Shown here: piece after piece, positions 25,001 to 37,744 of the stretch
Numbering within the stretch: position 1 is the stretch's first letter
How the letters are laid out: the number at the start of each line of letters is the position of its first letter
NCBI GenBank assembly: GCA_964016885.1
Contig: OZ024746.1
Span: 24,552,001 to 24,616,000, forward strand
DNA length: 64,000 bases
Direction: 5' to 3'
Origin: Eledone cirrhosa
Lineage: Eukaryota
Notes under the pieces: model-generated
Seen by the model: the letters and a program-made list of their open reading frames with translations, nothing else
What the model was told of the DNA's origin: nothing
Database searches by the model: none
Made by a program: the position numbers and the translations under genes

Positions 25001-25696
25001 AAGTATAAGACCCTCATAGAACTGGACATGAAAGGAATTTGCCCACTATACAGGAACAAATCATGGAATAGCTTAGATAGGGCTAGACATAAGATAGGGA
25101 AGGCCACATCATGGTACGACAACCAGAGATATCAGAGTGTCATGTTTGTGGACGCCACCCCTGGAGGGAAATTAGCTAACCAGTGTAGAAAGGCCCTGAG
25201 AAAGACCCACTTAAAAATAAAGGTGGTAGAAAAGCCAGGAACCACCATAAAATCCCTGATCAGCAAAACCTACCCTTTTAAGAAAACCCACTGTACCAAT
25301 AGGAAATGTATCATATGTAAGGTGAACCCCCGGATAAACTGTAAAACTAGAAACGTAGTCTATAGCATAAGATGTACAGAGGGTACTTGCAGAAACACGA
25401 CAACAACATACATAGGTGAGACAGCTCGTAGCATAGGTGAAAGGATAGACCAACACTGGGGGGAACTAAAAGGACGAAAAAACGGGTCAGTACTATACGA
25501 ACATGCTAGACAACATCATGACGGTAACATAGACAACATAGAAATTAGAATAATATCTAAACATAGGAATGACCCAGCAGATAGGCAAATCAGAGAGGCC
25601 AGTGAAATAGAAATTAGAAGACCAAAGCTAAACAGACAGAATGAGTGGAACAACAACAACACCCAAACAAACAACACTGACCTAAGAGAAGTATAA
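22064..25696 (+). CDS. PLE polyprotein, 1210 aa: reverse transcriptase, Cys-rich linker, GIY-YIG endonuclease
   Basis: PTDKSG, PPLYGLRKDHK, RPVCG, SMDVVSLYPSI, QNEGAAIG, RYVDD, LPVLD, CTNRKCIIC, NVVYSIRC...C...YIGETARSIGERIDQH, RQIREASEI, PKLN; no stops or frameshifts. Confidence 0.96.
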   Translation: MTLPKYNNICFDIRFHIKNLAKLIHRRYGISLCQAERLLKDTVFCYIKTTITTEQIRFLKHCVSSKTYTTNISKQVNNLLLNKTQAERLKHTITVNMKRTTYTKVNALYRQKRINGKEIRNLITANERDDFMSVIRRETKYAQNECCRHFKKKLEWMNKKKLQERKIEYSQKYPDNIDNIRMSDVKLPEEFTNDHTVNIYGNTLISEQEQQILKLPPKFAIYKKINPMECKTELEKCFTKIRWNAKVNNNNNNNGSSNINNNSGYRNNSHNHNNGRKVRNSDNGNNTSDRQNNNNHNNNNNRNVNHRHSNSDHSSNNGNNTNNNNNNNHSGNNGNSTCSNINKNKKHNNSNNHNGRNSSNNNNNNGEVNNNTSSNHNNNNINANDRNNNNHHDNNNSNTHNYDDRNNDNPLEKLFFNPADKTYKMGNIYPTRLPFNKRVCIPQQIDDETEAQFTIARNKIRQVVDRYTMRQSRPEAQQLGIKPVEGLVSLKQRTRDGEVVCLPTDKSGRMSIDSMPNYIEAMQPHITNTSEVAQLTHDGREKILNAHMMMWTHILKPSRRTANNFQASNNGIPPLYGLRKDHKTVDDPTTGPPTRPVCGANIASNYRISYFLSMVIRPIIKMSPDVCESTEDLLSRISECNKNRSLSNCIIGSMDVVSLYPSINIDFAVKICVEMIIESEVEFCDVDTDELGLLLRLTYDTDYLDSHDLRCFCPSRPIRGRPPTITSMAKKTPIGRWIGWTKAIRTPQNTDQVRKMVAHAIGASIKTTLKGHIFKFNEKIYTQNEGAAIGVSIAGDVANLFMVWWERRLKDLLNESSIDLIMYSRYVDDINIVIRTPPLESTNKFDLERSTMESIQQIANSIHQSITVTIDFPSKHPNNRLPVLDTELWINTIDERAQILHSHYAKPMASKYLILKNSAMSSSAKFNILIADLVRVMKNVSSMCDPTEMEGHIQHFINRMQFSGYNQRDRVRVYEGAMEKYKTLIELDMKGICPLYRNKSWNSLDRARHKIGKATSWYDNQRYQSVMFVDATPGGKLANQCRKALRKTHLKIKVVEKPGTTIKSLISKTYPFKKTHCTNRKCIICKVNPRINCKTRNVVYSIRCTEGTCRNTTTTYIGETARSIGERIDQHWGELKGRKNGSVLYEHARQHHDGNIDNIEIRIISKHRNDPADRQIREASEIEIRRPKLNRQNEWNNNNTQTNNTDLREV

Positions 25697-25755
25697 ATAA
25701 ATAAGTAAATTAAATTAAATAAAATAAGATAAATAAATACATACACAAGCACATA

Positions 25756-26213
25756 AACACACACTAGTCACCCAGCAGACACAACACTATACACACTAGT
25801 CACACATCACACATAACACTATACACACACGCAAACGCATGCGCAAAGAAGACAAAATAAAATAAGATAAACAAACAAGCAAATAAATAAATAAATATAT
25901 AGACAGACTGAACAAAAAAAATGGCGTAGACATACAACACAACAGGAGGAACAATGAATATAACACCACTGACGATGTTGCAGATGTGCAACGAAAGATT
26001 TATGTAAACTATATATATATGTGTTTGTCTATATTGTATCTGTATTATTTTTGACCGCCGGTCAGTCAATGGCAACATTGAGGACCGAGTAAGTTAGATC
26101 GCAGATATATATATATAAAAGACAGCGAGAAGCGAAAACCAACCAAACAGTGAGTGTGTTCTGTTATTAATTCTGGCAATATTACGCAAATATGACCCTC
26201 CCCAAATATAACA

Positions 26214-26217
<4 letters not shown>
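25756..26217 (+). repeat. 3' pseudo-LTR (462 bp)
   Basis: Direct repeat of 21628-22089 that runs into (TA)n. Confidence 0.95.
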
Positions 26218-26252
<35 letters not shown>

Positions 26253-26349
26253 GAGGGGTATGTATGTGTGCGTGCCTGTATACAGTTTAGTGTAGTGCTG
26301 AAAAAGAATCGGGAATAAGGTATTATTGAGAGTGGAGCAATACACACAC

Positions 26350-26385
<36 letters not shown>

Positions 26386-27773
26386 GTAAACAAGACCATT
26401 ATTGCTCCAACCAGTCATTTCACCATCGATAATTACTCTAAATATACATACACATCATACTACACATATATACACTATATACATATATATCATATATATA
26501 TAGAACAAACGCAAGCAATCATCGAATGCCCAATACGTAAATAATACACCCAGAAAACAAAACCAACAATAAACAAAGCATCTAGTAGACAAGTCCGTCA
26601 GATTCCAAACTCGTAAAAACAGGGCCTATAATGAACTAAATGTCTATATTAGAACTAAGACATCCTCCATAATCTTTACAGTTGACATCATCCATATTTC
26701 CCAACCCCTAAATATGAGTATGGGGGAGACGGACGTTTTCAAGCTGCAGCCGTAAAATTACGAGGTTTCTGCCATAAGAATAGACATTAGACAATATCTA
26801 TTATTACCTTCAATGACTACAACCCCATTACGTAATAGACCTTTCTCCCCTTCCTCTAACGTATACCCTTGAACTTAGACCCTTAAACAATCCCACAAAA
26901 TGACGTGATGTCACGCATCGGGAGACCCAGGTTTCAAATAATATACATACTCGAATACAGGAGGGGGCTTGGGGGAGGGTGCAGGTGGGCCACGGCCTCC
27001 CCAATAATTATATTTTGCTCCCCTAACTACCAAAGCACATCTATTTGTATATGCGCTACAATGTAGAGAAAGATGGGAGAGATAGATATAGATATAGAGG
27101 GGGGAGAATTTGGTGGTTGTAGATATACAGAGAGGGATAATGGGAGAGTTCCGTGTAGTAGAAATAAAGAGGGTGAGAGTTTGGTGGCATACAGAGGAGG
27201 AGAGAGTGTATTGGTGTTAGATATAGAGAGTAAGATAAGAGAGGCGTGTCGTGGTAGATATAGAGAGGGGTAGAGTTTGGATTTAGTAGATACAGAGAGA
27301 GGCATTAAAAGAAAGTTTTGTGTGATATACATGGAGAGGAGGAGAGTTTCATTGGCAATCACGGGTCCCAAATAATAGAAGGGGTGGATAATAATGGCGG
27401 GGGTTTTGGGAAATCAGTAATTGTATAGTGTACGTTCGTAAATATGGGATTTCTTGTAATGTTCTTCTTTTGTCATATATAATGTGTTTTTTTTAATGTA
27501 AAATAAAATTATTGTTAGAGTCTCCAGCTGCTGTATCAATATGAATCACTTACAATAACATTTCGCCGGAGATAGATTAGCAAAATTTAATAAGCGTGTG
27601 GGGATGGGGTAGAATAGAAATCGTGGGCAGAGGAATCTGACAAATTAATAAGCGGGGAGGGGGAGGGGAGATTATTCGAGACCTGAGAATACGTGAATTA
27701 TTGACGGACGTAAGAATGAAAACTCAATAGAGTAGAGTTTCAATATTCATTTATCTTGGCCAAGCCTTGTTAC

Positions 27774-27851
27774 TCTGGAGTCTTACCTGCGTACTCACAA
27801 GGTCATCAAAGAAGACTGGTGATCCTGTGAGTGTGCAGGTGAAACTTTAGA
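27774..27851 (+). ncRNA. Candidate microRNA-precursor-like hairpin
   Basis: 35-bp ungapped stem with 7 G-U pairs, 2 mismatches and an 8-nt loop (27809-27816); family not recognised. Confidence 0.4.
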
Positions 27852-28018
27852 CAAAGCTCACCAATATCCATAATAAATCAATGTATATATATATATATAT
27901 ATATATAACGAAGGAGGTGTGGTAAGGAACCAGATGGACCATAATACACCAGAGTACTCAATACGCGTCCAGAAATAGCCGTCGAAACATCTTGAGCTCT
28001 GCCGTCGGGGTCAAATAT

Positions 28019-28058
<40 letters not shown>

Positions 28059-28900
28059 GAAACGTTAAGACTATTTTCCTACTATATTAAGCGTTGAACT
28101 ACTATATTTCTTCCTTGTACTGTATCGTTTGATTTCTGTTTACTTTTTGCATATATTTACATATATATATATGTGTGTGTGTTTGTATGTATGTGTGTGT
28201 GCGCGTGTGTCTGTGTGTGTGGACATGTAACTTTTGATATGGTGCCATAGTGACTAAGCACATGTGATGTCTACTAAGAAGTAGATTATGATAGAGAAGA
28301 AGTGAGAAAGGGATATAGGGGAGGAATCGACCCTAGTATTGGACTGGTACTTTTTTTTATTGATTTTGAATGAGTGAAAGACAAATTTGACCTCGACAGG
28401 ATTTGAACTCAGAGTGCAGAGAGCCGGAACGAATACTGCAATTACTACGTCTAAGTGTTGAAACTCCAGAATAGCAAGGCTCAACATTTAGCCATAGTAA
28501 ACGAATATTTAAACTACACTTCAGTATTGAGTACTCAGTCTCAAGTCTGTCAATAACACACACTTACACACACACACACACACGCGCGTATATATGTATA
28601 TATATATATATAAATGAAAATATAGAAATTATTGTGAGCAAGAAGCCAACAGTATTTCATAATATATAAGTGACTATAATGTCAAAATGGAAAATAATTA
28701 ACGTAAGATATGGGAAAATAATTCAAACTTAATTTGAAAAAAAAAATCAAGACAGAGATTTTATCCACAGATTTTGTGAAATCCAGGGGAAAAACCAGTA
28801 GAGTCTTAACTCAGAATCAAATAAAGCTTAAATACTCATCCTTCAATTTGGAAAAACTACAAATGCTCTATATAGTCTTAAAAAGACTATATATATATAT

Positions 28901-29101
28901 ATAGGAACGAGTAGGACCCCGACGGCTGAGCTCAAGCCGTTTCGACGGCTAATTCAGGATTTTTAGTCCAGAATTAGCCGTCGAAACGGCTTGAGCTCAG
29001 CCGTCGGGGTCCTACTCGTTCCTATCACCCACTCTACTACCCTAAGTATTGAGTACTTTGGTGCGTTATGGTCCATCTGGTTCCTTACCACACCTCCTTC
29101 G

Positions 29102-29103
<2 letters not shown>
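28901..29103 (+). mobile_element. Fold-back insert, family B, containing the 3' half of a hammerhead
   Basis: Arms 28901-28955 / 28971-29025; GAA-Acggc(ttgagctca)gccgT-C|ggggtc; (TA)n on both sides. Confidence 0.8.
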
Positions 29104-29196
<93 letters not shown>

Positions 29197-29233
29197 TTTG
29201 AGTATATGTTGGTGAGGTGTATATGTTGGTGAG

Positions 29234-29264
<31 letters not shown>

Positions 29265-29858
29265 AAGACCGTACGAAGGGTGGGTTAGATGGTACACAGA
29301 CGTAGTTGGAGGCAATGAAGTGAGACGAAGAGCAATGTAATCTGGAGGGGAAGGGGTACACGTGGGAGATGAGAGGGAACTGAAGTATTAGTAACTAGAA
29401 AGAGAGGGCTATGGGGAGGGGTAGGAGGTGGGTGATGATTATTTAAACTTTGGTTTATTTTTACACCGAGAATATTCGTAATACGATATATATACATATA
29501 TATAATCAACGTTCACATTGTCGTCAGCATCGGTGTCATTTTAAAAAATACATTTGTTGTTATTGCTTTTGTTTTGTTATTTCGTTGTTGTTATTCTTGT
29601 TTGCTGGTATTGTTGTTGTGGTGGTGGTGGTGGTGGTGGTGGGGATGCAGTAGTTTGTTGTTGTTGCTTTTGTTATTTTCATTGCTTTTGTTGTCGCCGT
29701 TATCATTGTTGTTGCTGTTGTTATAAGAGGTTATTGTCACTGTCGCCGTCATTGCCGCTGTAGTAGTTGTTGTTCTTACATACACACACATACATAAGTA
29801 AATACTCGCACACACATACAACATATATACATAAATACACACACAACCCCCTCCTCCA

Positions 29859-29926
<68 letters not shown>

Positions 29927-29928
<2 letters not shown>

Positions 29929-30073
29929 GTATATCCCGGGTTCAATCGGGGATAACCACAGTAAGTGAGGTACTCAATACATAGCAGAGTATAAATATTT
30001 GATATAGAAATGGCTTCTACAGAACTAGAACTGTTTCATTCGAAGGAAATCATCAGGAAAGCTTTCCTGATGA
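29927..30073 (-). mobile_element. Second copy of family A with hammerhead at 30013-30062 (-)
   Basis: Reverse complement of ~2627-2757; changes between the core boxes fall in loops II and III; short fold-back catcaggaaagctttcctgatg. Confidence 0.78.
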
Positions 30074-30100
30074 TGGTGTATGGTCTGTCGGTTGTGAAGC

Positions 30101-30149
<49 letters not shown>

Positions 30150-32133
30150 TCATGTAAATTTTGCACTGATTCCTTACGTACATAATGAACAGTTTGAAAT
30201 GGTGTCTATATTTTTTTCTGAGGAGGTCCTACATTTTACACCTGGTCAGGATCTATTACCAACTCTGCATGGGCCTACTCATGGCACTAACTCAGAAGCA
30301 GGTGACTTGAGCTCCTGCAAGTTATATGTTCACCAGATATGTAGAGATAGCTCACATCTTTAAACAAAAGTTTGAAAATAATACGCAAATCCTGAACTAC
30401 GCCGGTTTAGCCAGCCCTCTATGGTCACATCTCACAGAATGAATCTTGGGTGGTTTCAAGGTTGAGTGTCCAGTCATATCTTATCACCAATTTTCCGGTT
30501 CAGAACAAAAGAAAACTCAGAATAACAATAGCTTTTTGGCTTTATTATATAAAAACTACGTAATATGACAGCTGCAGCTATAACGTCTGTCTTCCCCATT
30601 TGGTGGATTTTGTGGTCCGGTTATGTATGCCGAATGAGGTTTGGTTTGGTAGGAGTCATGGGTGCAGGTTGGCGTTCGGTTTAGGGTATTTGCTGAGAGT
30701 TAGTAAACTGATTGGAGCAATAACGGTCTTATTGCAATATATTGCAAGGGATCCTCTCATACCCTTTAATAATTCAGTTATTCCACTACCCTTAACTGAT
30801 AGTTTATTTGTTGACACCGAAAGGGTGAAAGACTCCCGCAAGATTTGAACTCAGAATACACAGAACCGAAACAGATACAGCAAGGAATCTCGTCCGGTGC
30901 TTTAACAATTCCGACAATCCGCCCCCCCTGGAATAATCGATATTGAAAGGATAAACAAAGTAGGTCTCGGTGGGATTTGAACTCCGAGCACAGAGAGTCG
31001 AAACAAATACCGCAAAACATTTACTTTGATGCTCTAACGACTCTTTGCAGCCCTGAGTTAAGTTGACATTGATTGAAGTACATCTTGTTCAGTTTCAAGT
31101 CGAGTAAAGTGTTATTAGCTTTGTTATTTCTTTTACTATCTTTTTGATATACTAAGAAAAAGAAAACTAAAGAACTATTTAACTGACAATAATAAATGAG
31201 TGAATAATTTAGAAAACCGTGTTACTTCCGGTTATTACAATATCGTGCTTTTCTGTCAAGGCGGCGAATTGACAGAGTCGTTAGAACGTCGGATAGAATG
31301 CTTTGCAGTATTCGTTTCGGCTCTCTGCTGTCTGATCTCACATCCCTCCGAGATCAACGTATTTTTCATCTATTCAAGGTTAATAAAAACAAAATGTACC
31401 AGTCTAATACTGAGGATCAATTAAATGAACAACCATTTAATATTCGTGGATGAACTTATAGAAAGAGAGAAATTATTAGGAAAGACAACGTAACCTTCTA
31501 CGACTTTTGAACTCAGAACGTTGCGAGCCGGAACAAATGCCACAAAGCATTTAAACCGACAATTTTCCATATAAGATAACTGTACCACATACGTAAACTA
31601 TACATATATAAAGCTCTTTAATAATTAACATACTACAAACAATATGGCAGCTGCATAATACATATATATACCAGCTGTCACATATATCATGTGTTACTCA
31701 GGCTAAAAATAATAGCAACATTTCCATCAAATCACAATCTACTCTCAATAAATAAATGGAAAGACGGATTAAATAATATATTCCTAGTTAGCCCATGCCT
31801 GAAAAAAGAAAGGTAGGATGGTCAGGAGATTCCTTTGATCATAGATTAGTTGCATCAAACATAACCTAGTGTTAAATCTCATATACCATCTGTGTGCTGG
31901 AGAAATCTTTAATGGCAAGAAATAACAACATTTCCCGGAGATCACAACCTACGATCTTTATAATGCAATCCTAGATATACTATGCCTGAATAAAGAAAGA
32001 ATAACAGGATTGTCAAGGTTGCATTGCCTTTCGTCATAGATTTGATGGATCAAGCCAGACCTAAGACGAAAAATAACAACAATAAATGGCCAGCCAAACA
32101 GTGGCACTACACATAAGACAGGACGGAAAATAA

Positions 32134-32465
32134 GTTCTTCTTCTTCTTCTTCTTCTTCTTCTTCTTTTTCTTCTTTTTTCTTTTTCTTTTTCTCCTTCTC
32201 CTTCTCCTTCTCCTCCTCCTTCTTCTTCTTCTTCTTCTTCTTATTCTTCTTCTTCTTCTTCTTCTTCTTCTTCTTCTTCTTCTTCTTGTTTGCCCACTTA
32301 TTACCGAGAGGGTTATAGGGGGCAGAGTCCTCAAACACTCCTTCCGGCGGGTCCTGTCTGTCAGAAGGGTCCGTCTCCAACTGATCCAGCCAAGCTCATG
32401 GATGTTGGGCAACCATTTTGCTCGGGGATCTACCCCTAGGCCTCCTGCCGGTTGGTTTTGCCCTA
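32134..32465 (-). mobile_element. 3' end of an RTE-type LINE with (AAG)n tail
   Basis: Minus strand encodes [11 protein letters not shown], a typical RTE C-terminal motif, followed by a short UTR and a trinucleotide tail at 32134-32287. Confidence 0.6.
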
Positions 32466-32543
32466 TTTAGAAAAGAAAGAAAACTACAAAAGGAGCCGAT
32501 CGTATGCATGTATATATCTATATATATATATCTAATGTATATA

Positions 32544-32707
<164 letters not shown>

Positions 32708-32740
32708 ATACATTAACAGAGAAAGCTTTAAGCAATACTC

Positions 32741-32816
<76 letters not shown>

Positions 32817-32879
32817 GAGTATTGCTTAAAGCTTTCTCTGTTAATGTATTAAATATATATATATATATATATAGTTGTA

Positions 32880-33178
32880 ACGGCCACTACTTTATATCCA
32901 TGTAGGAGAACCCCTACGAATGTGACTTTTTAGTCCAGCCAGCGACTTGAAAACTCTGGTACAAACACTACACTTGTGACAATTATTGACACATAGTGCT
33001 GGGCCCATGGTACCATGTGACGACAAGTGCAGAGAGATCTCCAGATATAAAGCAATGCCTGTGCCGTGAAGCTTTTATAGTGAGCAAAGGCACTGCACAA
33101 AGCCAGTCCCACTCTCTTAACCAAGATGATATTTACCAAAAAGAACAAGTCAACATCATTGGATACCATCAGAGTTGC
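32880..33178. mobile_element. Family D partial copy followed by (TACA)n
   Basis: Matches 41317-41630; a more diverged relative follows at 33250-33450. Confidence 0.85.
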
Positions 33179-33839
33179 ATACATACATACATACATACAT
33201 ACATACATACATACATACATACATACATACATACATACATACATACATGATGGCTGCCCCCTCGTTATCGAGTATGGGCATTGCACGATATACCATTATT
33301 AATAATTATTAATTAATTCTATCGTGCAATGCCTGTGCATGAAGATATTTTTTTTAATGAGGAAAGACTGTGCACTGAGCCAATCCCACTCTCTGAGCGA
33401 CAGTAGCTATAACCCGAAAAGAAGAAAATATCAACATCATCGGTAACTACTGACATACATACATACATACATACATACATACATACATACATACATACAT
33501 ACATACATACGCCTTTATGTAATGAGAAGGTAACTTGATATATATACTGATGAAATTCCTTACAATATATTGTTTAGTTAACCGAATCGATGTCAGATTA
33601 AAAAGAAATAAGCCAACAAAGACTGAAAACCAAGAAGTTCATTAGGTTGTTTACAAATAATAGTAAAAGATAGTGTTACAGACCATTGCGTTGGCAATTT
33701 AGTCTGCTTTCTTGTCGAAAGTATTTCATCATACATTATGTTATATATATATATATGTGTAAAACACACGATCAAACACACGTACACGATCAAACACACA
33801 CAAACATACACATGTATGTTCTTCTGGTTTTATAATGTT

Positions 33840-33907
33840 ATAAATGTTTACCAATAGAGAGGAGTCGGTTTCTAACATAGACTCAAGACTGTCTCATCGG
33901 AATTTAC
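33840..33907 (-). ncRNA. Variant hammerhead-like motif (CCGAUGA core) with upstream fold-back 33948-34074
   Basis: Minus strand: gtaaatt-CCGATGA-gaca...tgtt.a-GAA-Accga(ctcctctcta)ttggT-A|aacatttat; ~60-bp near-perfect hairpin arms lie 40 bp upstream, ending in (TA)n. Confidence 0.5.
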
Positions 33908-34276
33908 ACAACATCAACTAGGTAGATATGTAGGCTACAGAGCTTATTAGTTATGTAATAAACAACATAAGATAATTATTTCATTTACCAGTGGTTTCTT
34001 GAAGACAGACACATCTGTCTTCAAGAAAACACTGGTAAATGAAATAATTATCTTATGTTGTTTATTACATAACTATATATATATATATATAGTTGAACGA
34101 TCGACTTACGTCAAATCGGACCGAGGGAACAATGTTTCCGTTGGTCTTTCCAATTGCTAATACTATCTATCGGTCGCAACTCCAGGTAGAAGGAGCAACG
34201 TGAAAATAAAGTGTCTTGCTCAAGGACATAACGCATCGCCTGGTCCAGGAATCGAACTCACAACCTTACGATTGCG

Positions 34277-34327
<51 letters not shown>

Positions 34328-34335
34328 CGTGTGTA

Positions 34336-34528
34336 TGAGGGTCGACTGAAAAGTTCATGGCCTGAAATGTTCATAAGCTGACCAAGATACTCTCATAGAA
34401 TATCCGAATGAGGTTTATTTTTCAACATAGTCTCTGGAAAAGAACAATGCAGTTATTAATAAGAACTGAAATTAATTCATGCAAGATTTCAAAGCTCTAG
34501 AATCACTCCCTCATAGCCAGCCTATGAA
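34336..34528. mobile_element. Mariner-type MITE, family M1 (right TIR truncated)
   Basis: Starts (ta)tgagggtcgactgaaaagttcat; body shared with 44174-44379 and 46425-46622. Confidence 0.75.
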
Positions 34529-35844
34529 TATATACAGAAGTATATATACACATGTATATATACACAGATTGGTACATATACACAGTTATGTACATAACTG
34601 TGATTATGTACCTATCTGTGTATACATGCATGCGTGTATGTATATATATATATATATATGTACCTGTGTGTGGTTATATGTACCTAACTGTGTATATGTA
34701 CCTATCTGTGTATATATACATGTGTATATATACACCGTGTGTGTATATATACATGTGTATATATACACCGTGTGTGTATAGGTGATTGTGTCTTTAGTTT
34801 GTGTATACATACGGATATTTAGGAACGATCGACTTTCGTCAAATCGGACCGAGGAAACAATGTTTCCATTGGTCTTTCCAGTTGCTAGTACTATCTATCG
34901 GTCGTAACTCCAGCTAGAAGGAGCAACGTGAAATAAAGTGTCTCACAACCTCATGATTGTGAATCCAATTCTCTAACCAATCAGCCACACACCTTCACAT
35001 GCGGATATGCGATTGTACAAAAATGGTGGAATTCCAATGGCGAAAGCAGAGAAGGAGGAAGAGGAGTGCGTTGAGGAGAAGGAAGAAGAGTAGGTGGTGG
35101 AGTTCCTTTATTAGTTGGGAAATACTTGCGAAGTTACTAACAATCCTGTGTATATATATATATACATACAGTGTATATATATATATATAATTGAATAAAC
35201 AAGGGAAATGAACACTAATATAAACATACATGTGTTCGAATCGTAAGGACCAAATTTGCTAGGGTGAAAAAATACTAACTACAGCAATATGTAAGAGACT
35301 ACTCTGAGTTCTTAACTCAATATATATATATGTGTATGATTGTGTATAGAAGATTCTACCATACTATTTCATTCTAATACCATTATAAATTTTAAAGGAT
35401 TTTAAATAAAACGAGTAAATCAGACAAAGTTGGGATTCCTTTTATTAATATATATATTATTAATATATCAATTGAAAGAACTATTTCGGCCGCCGACCTC
35501 TGCTTGACCGACCCCATTTCACGCGCACGCGTGATGGATATGAATCCGAAATATATAGGGACAATTAAATCTCTCCCAAGGTAACTCTATCTCGTGTTAT
35601 TATTTTTATTTTTATCCTTTACGCTCTTTCCTACATTCTTCTACACGCTACAATCTTCTACACGCCACACATCTCAACGTACACCCACTTACATCTCTCC
35701 CTCTCCACCACCGGATCTTGTTACCCGGAGATTTACCCATCTGAATTGTCGAGGCTTCCAAACGACATAAAGAAATTTACCTTATTATTCCACAATGCTT
35801 CAAGCAAACTTCAATACTCTCTTATATATATATATATATATATG

Positions 35845-35920
<76 letters not shown>

Positions 35921-35927
<7 letters not shown>

Positions 35928-36100
35928 TAAAATAACAGATTAAAGTTTAAGCAAAGAATCGCTGCTTTCACCCTCAACGGGATCTTGCTTAAACTTTAAT
36001 CTGTTATTTTAATAAATATTTGCTCTACGGTTCATATATATTTGATATATATTTATCCTTATCGAGCCCTCTTTGGATTTTAGTCTTCAAATTTATTATT
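35921..36100 (+). mobile_element. Fold-back insert, family C
   Basis: Same sequence as 7981-8135 with the inversion junction inside the ribozyme-like motif. Confidence 0.8.
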
Positions 36101-36480
36101 ATGTGGATTGGCAGTATCGGTAGAGTGTCGGACGCCATGCTTTCCAGCATAGTTACGTCCCTTTACGATCTGAGTTCAAATCCCGCCGAGGTTGACTTTG
36201 CCTTTCATCCTTACGGGGTCGATAAAATAAAGTACCAGTAATGCACGGGGTATTTGCTGGCCTTGTGCCTAAAGTAGAAACAATTATTTATATGTGGATT
36301 GGCAGTATCGGTAGAGGGTCGGACGCCATGCTTTCCAGCATAGTTACGTCCCTTTACGATCTGAGTTCAAATCCCGCCGAGGTTGACTTTGCCTTTCATC
36401 CTTACGGGGTCGATAAAATAAAGTACCAGTGCATTACTGGGTAATTTGCTGGCCTTGTGCCTAAAGTAGAAACAATTATT
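36101..36480 (+). mobile_element. Tandem dimer of SINE family 1 (tRNA head plus Nin/Deu-like central domain)
   Basis: Two near-identical ~190-bp units (36101, 36292) with B box gagttcaaatccc and gcctttcatccttacggggtcgataaaataaagtaccagt. Confidence 0.85.
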
Positions 36481-36530
36481 ACTATATATATACATATATA
36501 TATATATATGTGTGTGTGTGTGTATGTATG

Positions 36531-36589
<59 letters not shown>

Positions 36590-36898
36590 ATATATATATA
36601 TGTGTGTGTGTTTGTGTGTGTGTTTGTGTGTAGTGTGATACTGTGTAATATATACGCAGATAAGTGACAATCACTGCGTAAGAACGCCATCGAGGTGTTC
36701 ACTCAATATCTATAATGTGTTTAATCTAGGAAACGCCTGGTACACAAGCTATCACTTTCCACTGCTTATCAAGTGGCTTCAGAAGTATCAAGTGACAAAC
36801 CCATATACAAATGTACATGCACATAGTTACAAACACAGACATGTACATCCACATATTCCTTCGTACACACACAGACACATATATGTATGTACATATGA

Positions 36899-37311
<413 letters not shown>

Positions 37312-37616
37312 TGTGTGTGCGTGTATTTATATACATATTTATGTATATATAAGGGCAAAGACCCCCTTCGGTCAGGAATGAGCATGGGATTTGCATCTAG
37401 AAAGTACTCCTCCGAGGCCCAAGTCCGGGCAAGGTTGTTTGTGGAAGACCAGCAGTCCCCCGTGCATACTAGTCTCCCCGCTCCACACCACCGATGTTGT
37501 CCAAGGGAAATTCAATGACCGATACAGCTTGTGTCAATGTAAGGTAATATTTGCTACTCTTTGTTTGATTAATAATATCTCTTATCTGCCGGGATCAAGA
37601 TTGCATCTCTCTATCC

Positions 37617-37692
<76 letters not shown>

Positions 37693-37744
37693 TGATTTAT
37701 TGGCAACATGACCCTCCCAAAGTATAACAATATATATATATATA

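Larger units (their letters stand above)
21628..26217 (+). mobile_element. Full-length Penelope-like retroelement (Naiad/Neptune-type architecture) inserted in (TA)n
   Basis: Single intact RT-GIY-YIG ORF between direct repeats 21628-22089 / 25756-26217; the repeat overlaps the ORF start (MTLPKYNN); (TA)n on both sides. Clade assignment is tentative. Confidence 0.95.

Noticed and set aside
32718-32731. GAAAGCTTTA (and GAAACGTTA near 28059) as hammerhead 3' halves
   Set aside because: Too short, with no 5' core or stems to support them.
33547-33600. CTGATGA followed by GAATCGATGTC
   Set aside because: GAAA box is broken and stems I and II do not pair.
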